The position numbers and the translations under genes were made by a program. 64,000 nt of DNA, from the NCBI RefSeq assembly GCF_036321535.1, contig NC_087436.1, forward strand, positions 36,148,001 to 36,212,000, written 5' to 3'. The notes beneath the pieces were generated by a model, which worked only from the letters and a program-made list of their open reading frames with translations, had not been told where the DNA came from and searched no databases. Of the stretch, positions 62,691 to 64,000 are shown piece after piece. This DNA comes from Camelus dromedarius. Taxonomy: Eukaryota. Every line of letters begins with the position of its first letter. Within the stretch, counting starts at the first letter, position 1.

Positions 62691-64000
62691 AATAAAATGC
62701 AAATGAACTATTGGAAATACTTCAGTAAGGTTGCTTCATACAAGATTATATAAAAACTAATTGAGTTTCTGTAATCCACAACAAGCTGTTAGAATATACA
62801 ATTACTTTCAAAAAGATAACATTTGAGATAATAACTAAATGTACATAGGACTTATATGGAGAAAACTATAAAATCTGATTGAAAGTCATTTGGAAGACTT
62901 CATGGGGGAGCTATATATGCTTACAAACGGGAAGACTGAATATAGTTAAGATGTAACTTCTCGCCTCAAATAATCTATAAATATAATAAACCCACAAGAC
63001 AATGGTCAGAAGTAGAAAACCAAGGAAGAGTAAAAACCAAATGAAGACAGAATCTCAAGTGGGACCTTCTAATGTTAAATGGTACAAAGGAGGTCAGGTA
63101 ATATAAGACTGAAAAGTAACCTTGGATTTAACCAGAGTAAGAATTTGGGAACAGTGAATGCAAACAACTTCCTAAAGAGGTTTGACTGAAATAAACCACA
63201 GAAATTAGATTGTAGTGCTCAGAAAAAATAACATGATGTCAAACGCATAGATTCTGGGGTCAGACGGAATTGGACTCAAAAAATCAGGTTTCACCACTTA
63301 CTGGCTGAGTTTACCGCTCCACCTGCACAATGGAAAATAATTGCTATTGCACAAGGCTGTCATGAAAATTAGATATTAGATCTCTCTCCCAATGTAAACG
63401 TTTTAGCATACAATAATCAAAGATGTTGGCCTCCTACTCTGCCTTCTTTTCTAATGCTTTGTTTTGAGATTTAAGGAATTATATGCATTGTTAGGAAACC
63501 TTGTACTTAACCAAGGACATGAGGATATCTAGGAAAGGGCAAGTATGACCTACAAAATGTGGCTCAGGCATCTTTCAAAACATATGTCATTTATGCTGTA
63601 TATAACATCTTACCATAGTGAGGCTGATTCTTTACCTCTAGCAAATAAAGTTATGGTTTCACTATTCTTAAGGGAATGTAAACGGTACTTACTGCAAAGA
63701 AGACACAGACCTTATACAACTTGTCAATCTATTATCTTGTGTTTACACTCCACAAAATGGTATCCGTTGCCTTTTATGTGTGAGGAACTATTCTAGGAGC
63801 TAGAAATACAATGGTAAGAAAGAACAAAGTCTCTGCCCTCACAGAGCTCATGTTCTAGTGGCAACTGCATGGTATTTCTTTAGTTGGGCCACCATTAATG
63901 TTATTTCTCATTTAAGTAATCTAAAGCCGAAGCACAGGGAAACTTTTAACTTAGAACATGCAAATAATTGGAAAGCAGCTATCAAACACTATTTCAAGGT

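Overview
Mammalian genomic DNA, most likely a camelid: it carries two copies of a tRNA-derived SINE resembling the camelid Vic-type family, plus camelid/artiodactyl-type L1s. The window covers the convergent, overlapping 3' ends of FGF2 and NUDT6 (FGF-AS/GFG). FGF2 is on the minus strand: exon 2 at 51804-51907, exon 3 CDS at 36496-36681, and an inferred ~5 kb 3'UTR ending near 31440. NUDT6 is on the plus strand: its last two coding exons (31988-32042 and 35717-36114) both lie inside the FGF2 3'UTR. I found no FGF2 exon 1 or upstream NUDT6 exons in the window. The first ~30 kb (a NUDT6 intron) is packed with nested L1 elements and a decayed, internally deleted CSGALNACT2 processed pseudogene. 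The genes are well known; the unusual signals are in the retroelements. (i) The long L1 inter-ORF spacer has a pyrimidine tract/AG and an ATG-initiated ~75-codon ORF ending on the ORF2 start, shared by two diverged L1 copies. (ii) An L1 lineage appears to carry a captured non-L1 3' tail (two copies here). (iii) A TSD-bounded 3 kb composite retro-copy starts at an L1 promoter. (iv) An L1 is inserted ~16 nt from the FGF2 exon 2 splice donor. (v) There are several transductions and templated insertions. No database searches were run: repeat family names and gene identities are by recognition, and boundaries of old repeats are approximate.
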